The translations under genes were made by a program, and so were the position numbers. Below are positions 49,745 to 60,116 of a DNA stretch of 64,000 nt, one piece after another. Origin of the DNA: Armatimonadota bacterium (GTDB lineage Bacteria; Armatimonadota; Fimbriimonadia; Fimbriimonadales; GBS-DC); contig JBBIML010000008.1 in NCBI GenBank assembly GCA_037444405.1, positions 96,001-160,000 of the forward strand. Reading direction: 5' to 3'. Below the pieces are notes generated by a model. The model saw only the letters and a program-made list of their open reading frames with translations, had not been told where the DNA came from and did not search any database. Position 1 is the stretch's first letter. The number at the start of each line of letters is the position of its first letter.

Positions 49745-50423
49745 TCCGCACGAAGTCGAGACACTCCTGAATAACCTGCGCACGTACCGCATTGTCCACA
49801 TGGTGGAACAGATGATCCATGGCGGTCAGCACACCGCCATCGGGAGCAATCAGATGTTCCTCGCTGGTGCGTCCCTCCACACCACCGAACGGTTTCAGCC
49901 CCCAGCAAATCTGCTCGATGTCGTCTTCTCGAAACGACTTCGGCAGCCGAATCGAGTCGCCCGTACGATAGCGTACCAGAGGCATCGCCAGGTTCCACAG
50001 GGAGGTGCCCACGATTTCGTAGAGAATCTCATCGCCTGACTCTTCCACCGGGACGAGCTCCACGAGGGCATAGCCCGGCAGGCAGTAGTATTCGCCAGGC
50101 TGAAGGGCATAGGCGAAGGCAACGCGCTCTGCCTGACCATAGTAATCGACTCAGTATGCACCTAAGGTGTCGTTCAGTAGGCGCGCCAGCATAGGGCTGG
50201 GTTTCTCGGAAAAAGTAATGCAGTAGGGTATCGAGAGATGTGCCCCCTCCAGAAGTACAAGACGGCACAGCGATTCGACACAGGAAGGATAAGCCAGGAG
50301 GCACTGTGGTTGAAACTGCTGCAGCGCCTGCTGAAAATAGGGGAGCGTTTTGCGATTAAGGTGATTGGAAGAGAGCACCCGTCGCCGACCACCCATATCG
50401 TCTTGCCAGAAAGGCGGCTTCAT
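49745..50423 (-). pseudogene. Truncated phenylacetate-CoA ligase-like (CapK-type) gene with internal TGA
   Basis: ORFs 50151..50423 and 49449..50063 share one frame: LLAYPS...LGAY*VDYYGQAERVAF...VGTSLWNLAMPLVRYRTGD...VEGR; both ends missing. Confidence 0.8.
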
Positions 50424-50443
50424 GAGCGGTATAATCTTCAGCG

Positions 50444-51553
50444 ATGCGCGTTTTGATTATCGGACCTGGCACGGATGTGCGCGGCGGAGTGGCGAGTGTG
50501 ATTCGCCTGATGCTTAAGTACCCTCCAAAGGGGGTTCAACTGCTCATGCAGCCGACTTTGCGCTCTGCCGGCGCCGCCTCCCACCTCCCCCGATGGCATC
50601 CCCTCTACTATCTTAAAGTGACTAACAACCTGACATTTTTCCTGCGCGCGCTGAGTGCGATTCAAAGCGTTGCAGCAACGGTCGACTTAGCGCATGTGCA
50701 TGTATCGAGTTATGGGAGTACTTTTCGTAAATATTTTATATCTAAAAAGTTAGTTGAAAATAATATACCTTTTATTTTGCATAATCATGGTGGCAGGTAT
50801 GCTCGTTTTTACAGTCGCTTGCCGGAAATGCTGAAGAGGCGGATTATCCAGATGTTCCGCTGGGCGAAGGGAGCGATAGTGCTGTCTCAACAATCGCATC
50901 AGTTCCACCGCCAGATAGTAGGTGATCCAGGCTATCCTATCTGGATTGTGCCGAATCCTATTGAAAGGCCGTCCGTACTTTCCCTGCCCCCACCGCCACC
51001 CCCGTTGCGTTTGCTCTTTCTGGGGCGCCTTGATTCGAACAAGGGCGCCGACAGAGCTCTTCAAGCGCTGGCTCTGCTACCAGCGGACGTGCGCTCGCAG
51101 GTGCGCCTCTACATGGCAGGCGATGGTGCCGTGGAAGCGATGCAGGATTTGGCGCGCCAGCTGGGAATCTCGGAACAGGTCGAGATACGCTCCTGGATCG
51201 AGGGCGATGAGAAGGAGCGCTGGTTGCGCGAGAGTCATGTTTTTACTTTACCGTCACGGGCGGAAGGATTACCGATGGCAATGTTAGAGGCAATGGCATA
51301 TGGGAAGGCGGTGATTGCCAGTTCTGTGGGCGGGATCCCTGAATGGCTCACGGAAGGGCAGGAAGGATTTCTGGTGTCGCCAGATGATATACCGGCGCTC
51401 AGTGAGGCGATACAACGGTTGGTTGAAGCGCCCGAGCTCTGTCGCCAGATGGGGTTACGCGCGCACCAGCGTGTGGAACCGCTCTCGGTGGAGAACTATT
51501 GCCAGCAGCTTCGGGACATCTACGAACAGGTGTTGGTGGGCACGAGCAGGTAA
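50444..51553 (+). CDS. GT4 glycosyltransferase
   Basis: FLGRLDSNKG and PSRAEGLPMAMLEAM; AT-rich N-terminal half. Confidence 0.92.
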   Translation: MRVLIIGPGTDVRGGVASVIRLMLKYPPKGVQLLMQPTLRSAGAASHLPRWHPLYYLKVTNNLTFFLRALSAIQSVAATVDLAHVHVSSYGSTFRKYFISKKLVENNIPFILHNHGGRYARFYSRLPEMLKRRIIQMFRWAKGAIVLSQQSHQFHRQIVGDPGYPIWIVPNPIERPSVLSLPPPPPPLRLLFLGRLDSNKGADRALQALALLPADVRSQVRLYMAGDGAVEAMQDLARQLGISEQVEIRSWIEGDEKERWLRESHVFTLPSRAEGLPMAMLEAMAYGKAVIASSVGGIPEWLTEGQEGFLVSPDDIPALSEAIQRLVEAPELCRQMGLRAHQRVEPLSVENYCQQLRDIYEQVLVGTSR

Positions 51554-51610
51554 AATAAGTGGCATCGCGCCGGGCAATTGATGGAACGAACGAAACGGAG
51601 GTCAAACGGT

Positions 51611-53668
51611 ATGCTACGGCACTGGTTCGTTGGAGCTTTGGGAGTCGTTTTGTGGAGCGGACTGTGGGCGCAACAGAGCGCTCCAATCAACTTTATTGCC
51701 AGGGCGACTGCGTGCGAGCTGGATGCCAATAAAGATGGGCGCTGCGACTACTGGTACGCAAGTTTCTATGAGGGGGTCTCCAGTGACCATGTCCAGCTGA
51801 GTTTAGACAATGTTGTTCGATTCAGTGGGACTGCCAGTCAGAAAATCCGTCTGCAGCGAAATAGCGGGAATGCAGGATTTTTTGTAATCTTTACTTCGGT
51901 GAACTTTAATTCACCCTTCAAGCCTCAGGTCGGCGAGGCGCTTTTGACGAAAGTCGCAATTCGTGCCGAAGGGTTTCAGAACGCTACCTACCAGGTATAC
52001 ATCACCACAGGATCGCGCCGCATTCATCTGCTTCCAGAGACCAGCCAGGATACGGGCGGCTGGCAGCAGCTATCCGCAGCAGCGCCTGTTGAACTGGATC
52101 AAGATGGGGCTCCCTATTTCTCTCTGGTAGTGGAATTTCGTGTGCAGGATGGCGCGGCAAGCGGCACATTCTGGATTGACGAGGCGTACATGCTTTCCGC
52201 TCGGACAGTTCAACGAGCTAATCAGCTGCCGAACGGGCTAAAACTCTGCTTCTCCTTCCTGTATCGAGAACAAGATCCCTACGCATATTTGAACAATCTC
52301 CTGTTCAAGGTTGTTATGGGTGCCAACCAGATGGGCCAGGTGCTTCAGCGCCTCTACCCCGACACAGTGTGGATGCCGTACTGCTACTTTTCAGGCACCC
52401 TGGTGCCGCCAATTTATCGATACAACTCAGACCTTTACAATTATGATGATGTTCTCCAGAACCATCCTGACTGGTTTTTGCTGGACCAGGACGGACAGCG
52501 TATCCCTTACGGTGAGGCCTACTACATCGATGTTGGGCGCCAGGATGTACGCGAGCGTGCATGGCAGAGCCTGCGCGACTTTTTGAATCGATGCGGACGC
52601 CCGCGCTATGTCTATCTGGATAATGTAGATATGCGAGTGGGTCCAGATCGCTTCAATCCGCCGAATTACCCTACGAATGAGGCATGGGTGAACGCAGTTG
52701 TCGGGTGGTTCGAATATGTAGGCAGTCGCGTAAGACAGGAGTTCGGCACGACTTTCGTTCCGAATGCCGCCTGGTCGCCTGCATTCTGGTTGCGCGGCAT
52801 TCCGGGCGTCTCACAGGACGCGCCTGGCGTCGCCACCCTGCCCTACATAGGCGGTTTTCTCATCGAACACGCCTTCACGCACGCGCGGTCGAATGGTCAA
52901 ACCACGATCAGCAACTACGGTACCGCTACGGGTACCAATGGACCGCAGCGCTGGGATAACTGGGCGCTACGGAACGCAATTCGCCTCGCCACAGAGTATC
53001 CAGAGAAGATTGTCATTTTGATGCCTACATTCTGGACGAACGCGCCCGACAGCCGTCAGAAAATTCGATTTGCAATCGCGATGTGCCTGATTGTTCAACA
53101 TGAGAACACCTATATCCAGTTAGACCCGCGCTATCAGCAAGAAGAGTATCGTACAGGTTATTTTCCGCCCGAGCTGTTTATTCCGCTCGGCAATCCCACT
53201 GGCAACTTCCGCATTCAGGACGGCGATATTATCGTTGGGGGGTTGTTCATTCGTGAATATCAGAACGGGATTGTGCTGGCAAATCCGCGCTCGGACCGCG
53301 ACTTCACTTTCGTAGTACCACGCGACCTTTATGACTGGGATCGCAACCTCATTCGGGCAGGAAACCAGATAACCATTCCTCGCCAGACGGGGCTGGTACT
53401 GTGGTCAGCGCCAGAGATTACGGTCTCGCTTTCTCCGGAAGCGACCGAAGTGCTACCCGGAGCAACTGTTCAGTTCACGGTGACCTATCGCAACACAGGC
53501 ACAGCGCCGGGCACGAATGTGCGCATCGCTGTGCCGCTGCCTGATGGGATGACGCTGGTCAGCAGCGACCCGCCAGCCCAGCTGGAGAACCGCACGATAG
53601 TGTGGACTGTACCCAGCATTCCCGTTAATGGCACGGGTAGCCTGCGGTTCACTGTGCGCGTGCAGTGA
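51611..53668 (+). CDS. Secreted putative glycoside hydrolase (GHL15-like) with N-terminal CBM-like and C-terminal DUF11 domains
   Basis: Signal peptide; HPDWFLLDQDGQRI, YYIDVGRQDVR, VYLDNV and REYQNGIVLANP; tail PGATVQFTVTYRNTG...LPDGMTLVS. Start uncertain (51578-51611). Confidence 0.7.
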   Translation: MLRHWFVGALGVVLWSGLWAQQSAPINFIARATACELDANKDGRCDYWYASFYEGVSSDHVQLSLDNVVRFSGTASQKIRLQRNSGNAGFFVIFTSVNFNSPFKPQVGEALLTKVAIRAEGFQNATYQVYITTGSRRIHLLPETSQDTGGWQQLSAAAPVELDQDGAPYFSLVVEFRVQDGAASGTFWIDEAYMLSARTVQRANQLPNGLKLCFSFLYREQDPYAYLNNLLFKVVMGANQMGQVLQRLYPDTVWMPYCYFSGTLVPPIYRYNSDLYNYDDVLQNHPDWFLLDQDGQRIPYGEAYYIDVGRQDVRERAWQSLRDFLNRCGRPRYVYLDNVDMRVGPDRFNPPNYPTNEAWVNAVVGWFEYVGSRVRQEFGTTFVPNAAWSPAFWLRGIPGVSQDAPGVATLPYIGGFLIEHAFTHARSNGQTTISNYGTATGTNGPQRWDNWALRNAIRLATEYPEKIVILMPTFWTNAPDSRQKIRFAIAMCLIVQHENTYIQLDPRYQQEEYRTGYFPPELFIPLGNPTGNFRIQDGDIIVGGLFIREYQNGIVLANPRSDRDFTFVVPRDLYDWDRNLIRAGNQITIPRQTGLVLWSAPEITVSLSPEATEVLPGATVQFTVTYRNTGTAPGTNVRIAVPLPDGMTLVSSDPPAQLENRTIVWTVPSIPVNGTGSLRFTVRVQ

Positions 53669-54807
53669 TGGCTCAAATTGCACTCTTTGTGCCCAGTTTT
53701 GAGGCAGGTGGCGCCGAACGGGTGATGATTACGCTGGCGAACGCCTTTCACCAGCGTGGCATCGGAACCCGTGTTATCACAACGAAGGTGATAGAGGGCG
53801 AATACGCGAACCTGCTTCATCGGGATATGACTGTCGTTCGTCTCCGTTCAGGCACGATGTGGCGCACTGTGATACCGCTGGCACGCTATCTCCGGCACGA
53901 TCCACCCCAGGCTCTTCTCTCGACGCTGGGTGAAGCTAATATTGTCGCGGCATTAGCCCGATGGTTATCGCGTCGCCCAATACGGCTGGTGGTGCGCGAA
54001 GCCAACACACCGACAACAGCCTTCTTGCGGAACCCCTCATGGAAAAAACGGCTGACGGGGCGGCTCATCCCCTTGTTCTATCCACTGGCGGACGCGATTG
54101 TTGCCGTCTCCACTGGAGTTCAACACGACCTTGCACGCCTGCTGCCGCGCGCTCCAACCAAAATCCATGTAATCTACAATCCTGTGATTACCCCTGACTT
54201 ACACCAGCTGTGCCAGATGCCCGTGGAACACCCCTGGTTTCTGGATAGAAGCATCCCTGTGATATTGAGTGTTGGGCGGCTCTCACCACAGAAAGATTTC
54301 CCCATTCTACTTCAGGCGTTCGCTCGCGTCCGCCGTCAGGTGCCCACCCGACTGGTTATTCTCGGCGAAGGGGAACTGCGCCCCCAACTGGAACAGATGG
54401 CTGCCGAACTGGGCATCCAGAGCGATTTTGACCTGCCAGGTTTTGATCCCAATCCGTTCCGCTATATGAGTCGCGCCAGCGTCTTCGTGCTGTCGTCGCG
54501 CTATGAGGGATTGCCTAATGCGTTGATTCAGGCGATGGCATGTGGTTGCCCGGTGGTCAGCACCGATTGCGCCAGTGGACCTGCGGACATACTGGATGGT
54601 GGCAAATATGGGGAGCTGGTGCCCGTTGGTGATGCGGACGCGCTGGCGAACGCCATCCTGCGCGTGTTGCAGGGCAAGCGTAAAACCGTGCCCCCCGAAT
54701 GGCTCCAGCAGTTCGATGTCGACCGCGTGGTCGACCAGTATCTTCAAATACTAATGCCTGCCCATGCCGGTTCACAGAGTGAACCGTGGGCACGCAGAAG
54801 GGTATAA
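53668..54807 (+). CDS. GT4 glycosyltransferase (WabH-like)
   Basis: GGAERV, VGRLSPQKDF and SSRYEGLPNALIQAMACG. Confidence 0.92.
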   Translation: MAQIALFVPSFEAGGAERVMITLANAFHQRGIGTRVITTKVIEGEYANLLHRDMTVVRLRSGTMWRTVIPLARYLRHDPPQALLSTLGEANIVAALARWLSRRPIRLVVREANTPTTAFLRNPSWKKRLTGRLIPLFYPLADAIVAVSTGVQHDLARLLPRAPTKIHVIYNPVITPDLHQLCQMPVEHPWFLDRSIPVILSVGRLSPQKDFPILLQAFARVRRQVPTRLVILGEGELRPQLEQMAAELGIQSDFDLPGFDPNPFRYMSRASVFVLSSRYEGLPNALIQAMACGCPVVSTDCASGPADILDGGKYGELVPVGDADALANAILRVLQGKRKTVPPEWLQQFDVDRVVDQYLQILMPAHAGSQSEPWARRRV

Positions 54808-54969
54808 TGAAGGATGATGGATCACCTGTCGGAGCCACAGAATTCAGGTCGAGCGGATGCGGCGACGGTCGCGATTTATCGAACACCTCATTCGCTGCGC
54901 TATCCCTCAATCGCGCTATCTCAAACTATCCTGCCTGGAACCGACGCCATCACACCCAGCAACAGCGCT

Positions 54970-55674
54970 CTAACTCGTAGAGTGCTGGACAGCGGTGCGA
55001 GGCTTGCATGCAATGATCGATTTTGGCAACCCATACCAGCGTTCAATCAAAATTTGAGCATCCGGGAAGAGGCAGCGCATCTGGCGCGGCGTTAGCAGAT
55101 GCCAGTCGGGGTCCGTATGCTTGATCCAGAACCGATTGAAAAACTGAATGAGTTTGATTTGCAAGGGGCGTGGCAAAAAGATGGCAGGCATCGGGAGCCA
55201 GGTGTGCGACTCCAGCAAAAAATACTTGTGCGGCGTCTGAACAAAATAGTGTTTCGCCAGTCGCCGAATTTCCTGGGCAAATCGCTGCTGGCTTTCAAAA
55301 GCGCGCCGGGCAAACTCGTGCCCACTGCGACAGAGATAAATCTCCGCCTTTGGAATAGTTACATGCTCAATCACGGAGGAACAGAAAACGATGTCGAAGT
55401 ACTGGTCAGGGAACAGGAGCTGACCGCTTTCCGAGATCAGCACGGTCTGGAAGCCGAACCGCTCCTCGGCTTGCTTCAGGGCTTTCGTATCGATGTCGGC
55501 AATGGTCACATTTTTGCGGAAGGGGAGAATGGAGGCGATATGGGAACCATCGCCACCGCCCAGGTCCAGAATCTTGTCGTTCTCGGTCGGCTGCAGCAGC
55601 TTGCGGAACAGCTCGCCGCGGCGCGCCCGCGCCCTTTGCGATTGACGCAGAACCGCCTGTTTGAGCCATTGCAT
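54970..55674 (-). CDS. Class I SAM-dependent methyltransferase
   Basis: ILDLGGGDG, FDIVFCSSVIEH and VQTPHKYF. Confidence 0.88.
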   Translation of the reverse strand: MQWLKQAVLRQSQRARARRGELFRKLLQPTENDKILDLGGGDGSHIASILPFRKNVTIADIDTKALKQAEERFGFQTVLISESGQLLFPDQYFDIVFCSSVIEHVTIPKAEIYLCRSGHEFARRAFESQQRFAQEIRRLAKHYFVQTPHKYFLLESHTWLPMPAIFLPRPLQIKLIQFFNRFWIKHTDPDWHLLTPRQMRCLFPDAQILIERWYGLPKSIIACKPRTAVQHSTS

Positions 55675-55691
55675 GGCTTTGATTGTACCTC

Positions 55692-56705
55692 TTAGCCCCG
55701 TCGGTAAGCCACGATTCGAAAGCCGCGCGCCCAGCGAAGGGTGAGCGGCGTGAGTTTCATTCCTATCCAGTTCGCCATCCGCACCAGCGGGTTGCCACCC
55801 GCCCCACCAAAGTAGGCATAGGCGCGTGCCCGAAACCCGAACGACTCAATATCGCGTGCCAGCTGCAGGGGGTGAAAGAGGCGCTCCATCACCGCCCCGC
55901 TTTGCGGATTGACCGGGCAGGTGCCCGGCTGATAGAAGGAGCTGGGCAATTCGCCAGTGGCAAGGTAGCGTTCCACCGCCTGCAGAATCTCTTCGCGGGT
56001 GAGATAACTGGTGCGTCGCGCCAGCTCCTGAACCTGCTCCGGCTCTAAATCGGGATACGCCTGCTGGATGATCTCTGTCCGCATCGCCACATAGGGCACT
56101 TTCATCTGATGACCCTCTACTTCACCTGGGGGACCGTTCTCAAAGCGCGCCCAGAGCTGATGGGTGTGGCGGGTGATACGGGGGTTCGCGCCGTTGTTCC
56201 CGTCGGCAATCAGCAGCACACCGCCTGGCTTGAGAACACGCGCCGCCTCGCGCAGGAACGCTTCCACATCAGCATAGTGCGAGATAGCCTCATTGGACAG
56301 CACCAGATCAAAGTAGCCATCAGGAAAGCCCGTGCAATTAACGGAGGCGAGCTTTGCCTGCACCGCGTTCAGCTGGAAATCCTCAATCATCTTCTGAAAG
56401 GTGGTCAGGCGGCTTTCCATGATGTCGATGCCGTGAATCTCACGCGCGCCCATCAGATGCAGGATGATGGCGAGCGCCCCGAAGCCGCAACCGGCGTCCA
56501 GAACCACTTTATCGGCGGGATCGAACCGCGCCAGGCGACACAGATCATACACAAAGCGGGTACGGGTCGCGCTACCCGTGGGCGTCCGCAGATGACCATA
56601 ATACCGCCACAGCTCCGCATCGTACCGCTCGCGATTGCGTTCGTTGAGAGCCTCCGCATAAATCGCCTGTAAGCGTGATTGCACTTCTTTGAAATCTACG
56701 CGCAT
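55692..56705 (-). CDS. Class I SAM-dependent methyltransferase
   Basis: VLDAGCGFG, FDLVLSNEAISH and RVLKPGG. Confidence 0.88.
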   Translation of the reverse strand: MRVDFKEVQSRLQAIYAEALNERNRERYDAELWRYYGHLRTPTGSATRTRFVYDLCRLARFDPADKVVLDAGCGFGALAIILHLMGAREIHGIDIMESRLTTFQKMIEDFQLNAVQAKLASVNCTGFPDGYFDLVLSNEAISHYADVEAFLREAARVLKPGGVLLIADGNNGANPRITRHTHQLWARFENGPPGEVEGHQMKVPYVAMRTEIIQQAYPDLEPEQVQELARRTSYLTREEILQAVERYLATGELPSSFYQPGTCPVNPQSGAVMERLFHPLQLARDIESFGFRARAYAYFGGAGGNPLVRMANWIGMKLTPLTLRWARGFRIVAYRRG

Positions 56706-56807
56706 CGTCTTATCCTCCAGGGTTTGGGACTGCCTTTTTGTTTCGCTCTATTGGGTGAATCTCCTGCATCCCTTTCACCGAGTTGTCTCGGGTACAATCC
56801 CTTTCCG

Positions 56808-58739
56808 ATGAGCAACTGGCGGTGGAAGGTGAGGCGGCTGCGGGCGATGAGCCTCGATGAAATTGCAACGCGCGCCTACCGCACCCTGCAGGAGCGCTTC
56901 ACGCCCCTGCCCAAAGAGCCACCCGAAGCGACCTGGCAGCGCTACGGCTTCGACACGCATCCGTGGCTGGAGATGCTGGCGAGTCGGCTGCCCCTGCACC
57001 CCAACGCCGTCTCTCATCACGAGTGTGAGCGACTGATTGCCGAAGCGGATGCCCTTCTGCAGGGCAGATGGACGCTCTTCGGCTACCCCGTGCAGTTAGA
57101 CGACCCACCGCGCTGGAACCGCAACTATCTGCTGGGCAAGGACTGGATAGAAGCCCCCGCGAAGCATATCGATTACCGCCGAATCGATATCGCCGGCGGT
57201 GTGAAGTATGTGTGGGAGCTGTCGCGCCATCAACCTCTGCTGCGGCTGGCGCAGGCGTATGCCCTCACAGGCGACCCGCGCTACGCCGAGAAGTGCCTCG
57301 CGTGGTGGCTGGACTGGATTGAGCGCAACCCGCGCGGCTGGGGTATCCACTGGACGAGCGCGCTGGAGCATGCAATTCGCGCGCTGGCCTGGCTCCACTG
57401 CCTGCGCCTGTTGAGGGATTACCCCCCGCTGAAATCAGCTCTCCCCCAACTGGGTGGTGCGCTGATTCAGCACGGCGAGTTTATAGAGCGCCATCTGTCG
57501 CCTGGTTCGTCGGCGAATAACCATCTGATTGGCGAGGTCGCAGCGCTGGCGGTGCTGGGGAGCCTGCTGCCAGAGAGTCGGCTTTCACAGTGCTGGCAAT
57601 CGGTCGGCTATCGCACGCTGGAGCGCGAGGCGTTGCGCCAGTTCTATCCCGATGGGGTCAATGCCGAGCAGGCGTTCGGCTATCTGCCGTTTGTGTGGGA
57701 GTTCTATCTGCACGCCTATCGGCTGTGTCCGATGCCTGAGTCGGTGCGGCAGCGACTGCGGCACAGTATCGAGTTCGTGCGGAACGTGATGGACGCTTCA
57801 GGCTATGTGCCGCAGGTCGGCGACGAGGACGACGGCGCGGTTGTGCCTCTCTGGAGCGGTGGGGCGAATCGATACTGTGTAGTGGGGCGGACGCTGGCGG
57901 TTTTGCTTGGTTGCGAGCCGCCCCCTGCTTATAGCGAAGCCGACGACTCGCTGGCGTGCTGGCTGTTTGGCTCGCCTGCGCCCGCAGGTTCGCGCCTGAC
58001 CGAATCGCGTGTCTATCCTGATGGCGGCTATGTGGTGTTGCACAGCCCACGCTGGCAGGTGCTGTTCGACGCGGGTCCGCTGGGGCTGGGCAGTCTGGCG
58101 GCGCACGGGCACGCCGACGCGCTGTCGGTATGGGCATCACTGGATGGCAAGCCGCTGCTCATCGACACGGGCACCTGCGCCTATCACGAGGAACCAGCAT
58201 GGCGCGACCATTTTCGGGGCACGGCGGCGCACAACACCGTGCAGATGGATACTCGCAACCAGTCAGAGATTCTGGGTCCGTTTCTGTGGGGGCGCAAGGC
58301 AGACGCTTACTTCGAACGCCTTGATCTGGAAGCGGGTGCTGTCGAGGGAACTCATGAAGGCTATGCCCCCAACTTTCACACACGCGCGGTAAGCGTGCAG
58401 GGGAAGGTAATGGAAGTGCATGATACTTTCATGCTGGACATGGGTGCCTGGATCACCTGGCACTGGCACTTCCATCCGTGCTGGACGGTTCAGCCTGCAG
58501 AAAGTGGCTGGCTGATTTCGGATGGCGAGATGGAGTGCCGGCTCACAGTGGAGGGGCTACCTGCTAACGCTGAGGTTGCCGTTGTTCGCGGGGAGGGCGA
58601 TTCGCCTGGTTTGGGCTGGTATTCACCGCGCTTCGGGCATCGCGTGCCCTGCACCACTGTGCGCGTCTGTTGCCTCATGGAAGCCGCCGCGCCTCATAAG
58701 CCACGAATTAGCTGGAGATTTGAAACACGCCAGCATTAG
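56808..58739 (+). CDS. Heparinase II/III family protein
   Basis: KYVWELSRHQ, SANNHLIGE, GDEDDG, HGHADALS and GTAAHNTV. Confidence 0.9.
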   Translation: MSNWRWKVRRLRAMSLDEIATRAYRTLQERFTPLPKEPPEATWQRYGFDTHPWLEMLASRLPLHPNAVSHHECERLIAEADALLQGRWTLFGYPVQLDDPPRWNRNYLLGKDWIEAPAKHIDYRRIDIAGGVKYVWELSRHQPLLRLAQAYALTGDPRYAEKCLAWWLDWIERNPRGWGIHWTSALEHAIRALAWLHCLRLLRDYPPLKSALPQLGGALIQHGEFIERHLSPGSSANNHLIGEVAALAVLGSLLPESRLSQCWQSVGYRTLEREALRQFYPDGVNAEQAFGYLPFVWEFYLHAYRLCPMPESVRQRLRHSIEFVRNVMDASGYVPQVGDEDDGAVVPLWSGGANRYCVVGRTLAVLLGCEPPPAYSEADDSLACWLFGSPAPAGSRLTESRVYPDGGYVVLHSPRWQVLFDAGPLGLGSLAAHGHADALSVWASLDGKPLLIDTGTCAYHEEPAWRDHFRGTAAHNTVQMDTRNQSEILGPFLWGRKADAYFERLDLEAGAVEGTHEGYAPNFHTRAVSVQGKVMEVHDTFMLDMGAWITWHWHFHPCWTVQPAESGWLISDGEMECRLTVEGLPANAEVAVVRGEGDSPGLGWYSPRFGHRVPCTTVRVCCLMEAAAPHKPRISWRFETRQH

Positions 58740-58810
58740 TCGCTCCGGGATCGCTTCTCGATCACGAGGATATAGTCAGTGCGCTCGCAATAGCGGAAGT
58801 GCTGGCGCGG

Positions 58811-58852
58811 CAGCGAGCATGGGAGCAGGTTGGTGCTTCCCCATGCTCGCTG
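58811..58852. terminator. Hairpin between the convergent heparinase and rplL genes
   Basis: 13-bp stem cagcgagcatggg/cccatgctcgctg. Confidence 0.65.
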
Positions 58853-58867
58853 GAAGGTGGATGGAGT

Positions 58868-59266
58868 TTACTTGATTTCGACCTTCGCGCCGACCTCTTC
58901 CAGTTTGCGCTTGATCTCTTCGGCTTCCTCTTTGCTGACACCCTGCTTGACAGGCTGGGGAGCGCCATCCACGAGGTCTTTGGCTTCCTTGAGACCGAGC
59001 TGGGTGACCTCGCGCACGACGCGCACCACCTGCAGCTTCTGGTCGCCCGCACTGGTGAGGATGACATCGAAGGCGGTTTTCTCTTCAGCGGGGGCGGCTT
59101 CGGCGGGTGCGCCGGGCGCCATCATGCCGGGCATCGCAGCGACCGCGATGGGCGCGGCAGCCGACACGCCGTACTTCTCCTGCAACGCTTTGACCAGCTC
59201 GTTCAGCTCCAGCACGGTCATCTCATCGATCGCCTGAATAATCTCTTCAGCGGTCAGTTTTGCCAT
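58868..59266 (-). CDS. rplL: 50S ribosomal protein L7/L12
   Basis: [23 protein letters not shown] and [11 protein letters not shown]. Confidence 0.98.
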   Translation of the reverse strand: MAKLTAEEIIQAIDEMTVLELNELVKALQEKYGVSAAAPIAVAAMPGMMAPGAPAEAAPAEEKTAFDVILTSAGDQKLQVVRVVREVTQLGLKEAKDLVDGAPQPVKQGVSKEEAEEIKRKLEEVGAKVEIK

Positions 59267-59290
59267 GGGTCTCGCCTCCTTCGTTTGGGT

Positions 59291-59812
59291 TCAGGCTTGC
59301 GCCTTCTTATCGGCAACGGCTTGCAGTGTGCGCACGAACTGCCCGATCAGCTCGGAGAGGGTGCCAACCAGCCCGCTGATAGGCGATTGCATTGCGCCGA
59401 GCAGCTGCGCCAGCATCACTTCGCGCGGGGGCAGTTTCGCCAGCTCCTCCACCGCGCTGGCAGGGTAGACCCGCTGACCCAGCACGAGCGCCTTCACCTC
59501 CGATTTGCGCACCTGCTTGATGAACTCGACCAGCACCTTCGCGGCGGCTGCTTCGTCGCCCTGAATGAAGGCGACCGCCGTCGGTCCGAACAGGTACGGT
59601 TCCAGTTCGGGCGGCAGGTTGCCATCGGCAGCGCGCCGATAGAGCGTGTTTTTGACCACATGCAGGTCAGCGCCCACCGCTCGCAGCTGACGGCGCAGGT
59701 CGGTAATCTCGCGCACGGTTAGCCCGCGATAGTCGGTCAGAATCTGCCCGCGCGCCCGATTGAGCCATTGCCGAATCTGTTCCACCTGTGCCACCTTTTT
59801 GGGAGATGGCAT
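59291..59812 (-). CDS. rplJ: 50S ribosomal protein L10
   Basis: DYRGLTV...LRRQLR...VVKNTL and LAKLP; SD AGGAGG 8 nt before the ATG of MPSPKK. Confidence 0.96.
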   Translation of the reverse strand: MPSPKKVAQVEQIRQWLNRARGQILTDYRGLTVREITDLRRQLRAVGADLHVVKNTLYRRAADGNLPPELEPYLFGPTAVAFIQGDEAAAAKVLVEFIKQVRKSEVKALVLGQRVYPASAVEELAKLPPREVMLAQLLGAMQSPISGLVGTLSELIGQFVRTLQAVADKKAQA

Positions 59813-59829
59813 CCGCTTCACCTCCTGTT

Positions 59830-60010
59830 ATTAAATGCGAAAAGCGAGCCGTGCAGACCAGCAGGCTCGCACAACGATCCGATGGTGCCAGTCGCGGCGG
59901 CGCGAACGCCTCTTGCGACCGACATCCAGACCCCTTGCGCATCCCTCGGCAGGCGAGCCGAATGCTCGGATTATGCCCGCGAAGCGGGACACCTGCTGTC
60001 TGCGGTTATC
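59830..60010 (-). promoter_or_regulatory. Ribosomal protein L10 leader RNA
   Basis: Minus strand ACCGCAGACAGCAGGTG...TAAT...CCTGCCGAGG (60006-59944) matches the L10 leader kink-turn core; immediately upstream of rplJ. Confidence 0.8.
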
Positions 60011-60019
60011 GCAGAGACT

Positions 60020-60096
60020 ATTATACCCGCTCTGACACCGAAATCAAGCCCTTTCATTCAGAGGGGACTTGCAAAACGCGCAATATGGGGTATAAT
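60020..60096. promoter_or_regulatory. Divergent sigma70 promoters for rplJ (TTGATT-N16-TATAAT, minus) and the TlpA gene (TTGCAA-N16-TATAAT, plus)
   Basis: attata 60020-60025 and aatcaa 60042-60047; ttgcaa 60069-60074 and tataat 60091-60096. Confidence 0.7.
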
Positions 60097-60116
60097 AGCT
60101 TGTGGAGGTACACGCA

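Noticed and set aside
50151..50153. Selenocysteine or read-through TGA
   Set aside because: Not an evident catalytic Cys position, no SECIS-like hairpin recognised, and the gene is truncated at both ends.
54814..55095. 93-aa ORF just after a TATAAT box
   Set aside because: No recognisable motif, and 126 bp antisense overlap with a methyltransferase; at most a gene remnant.
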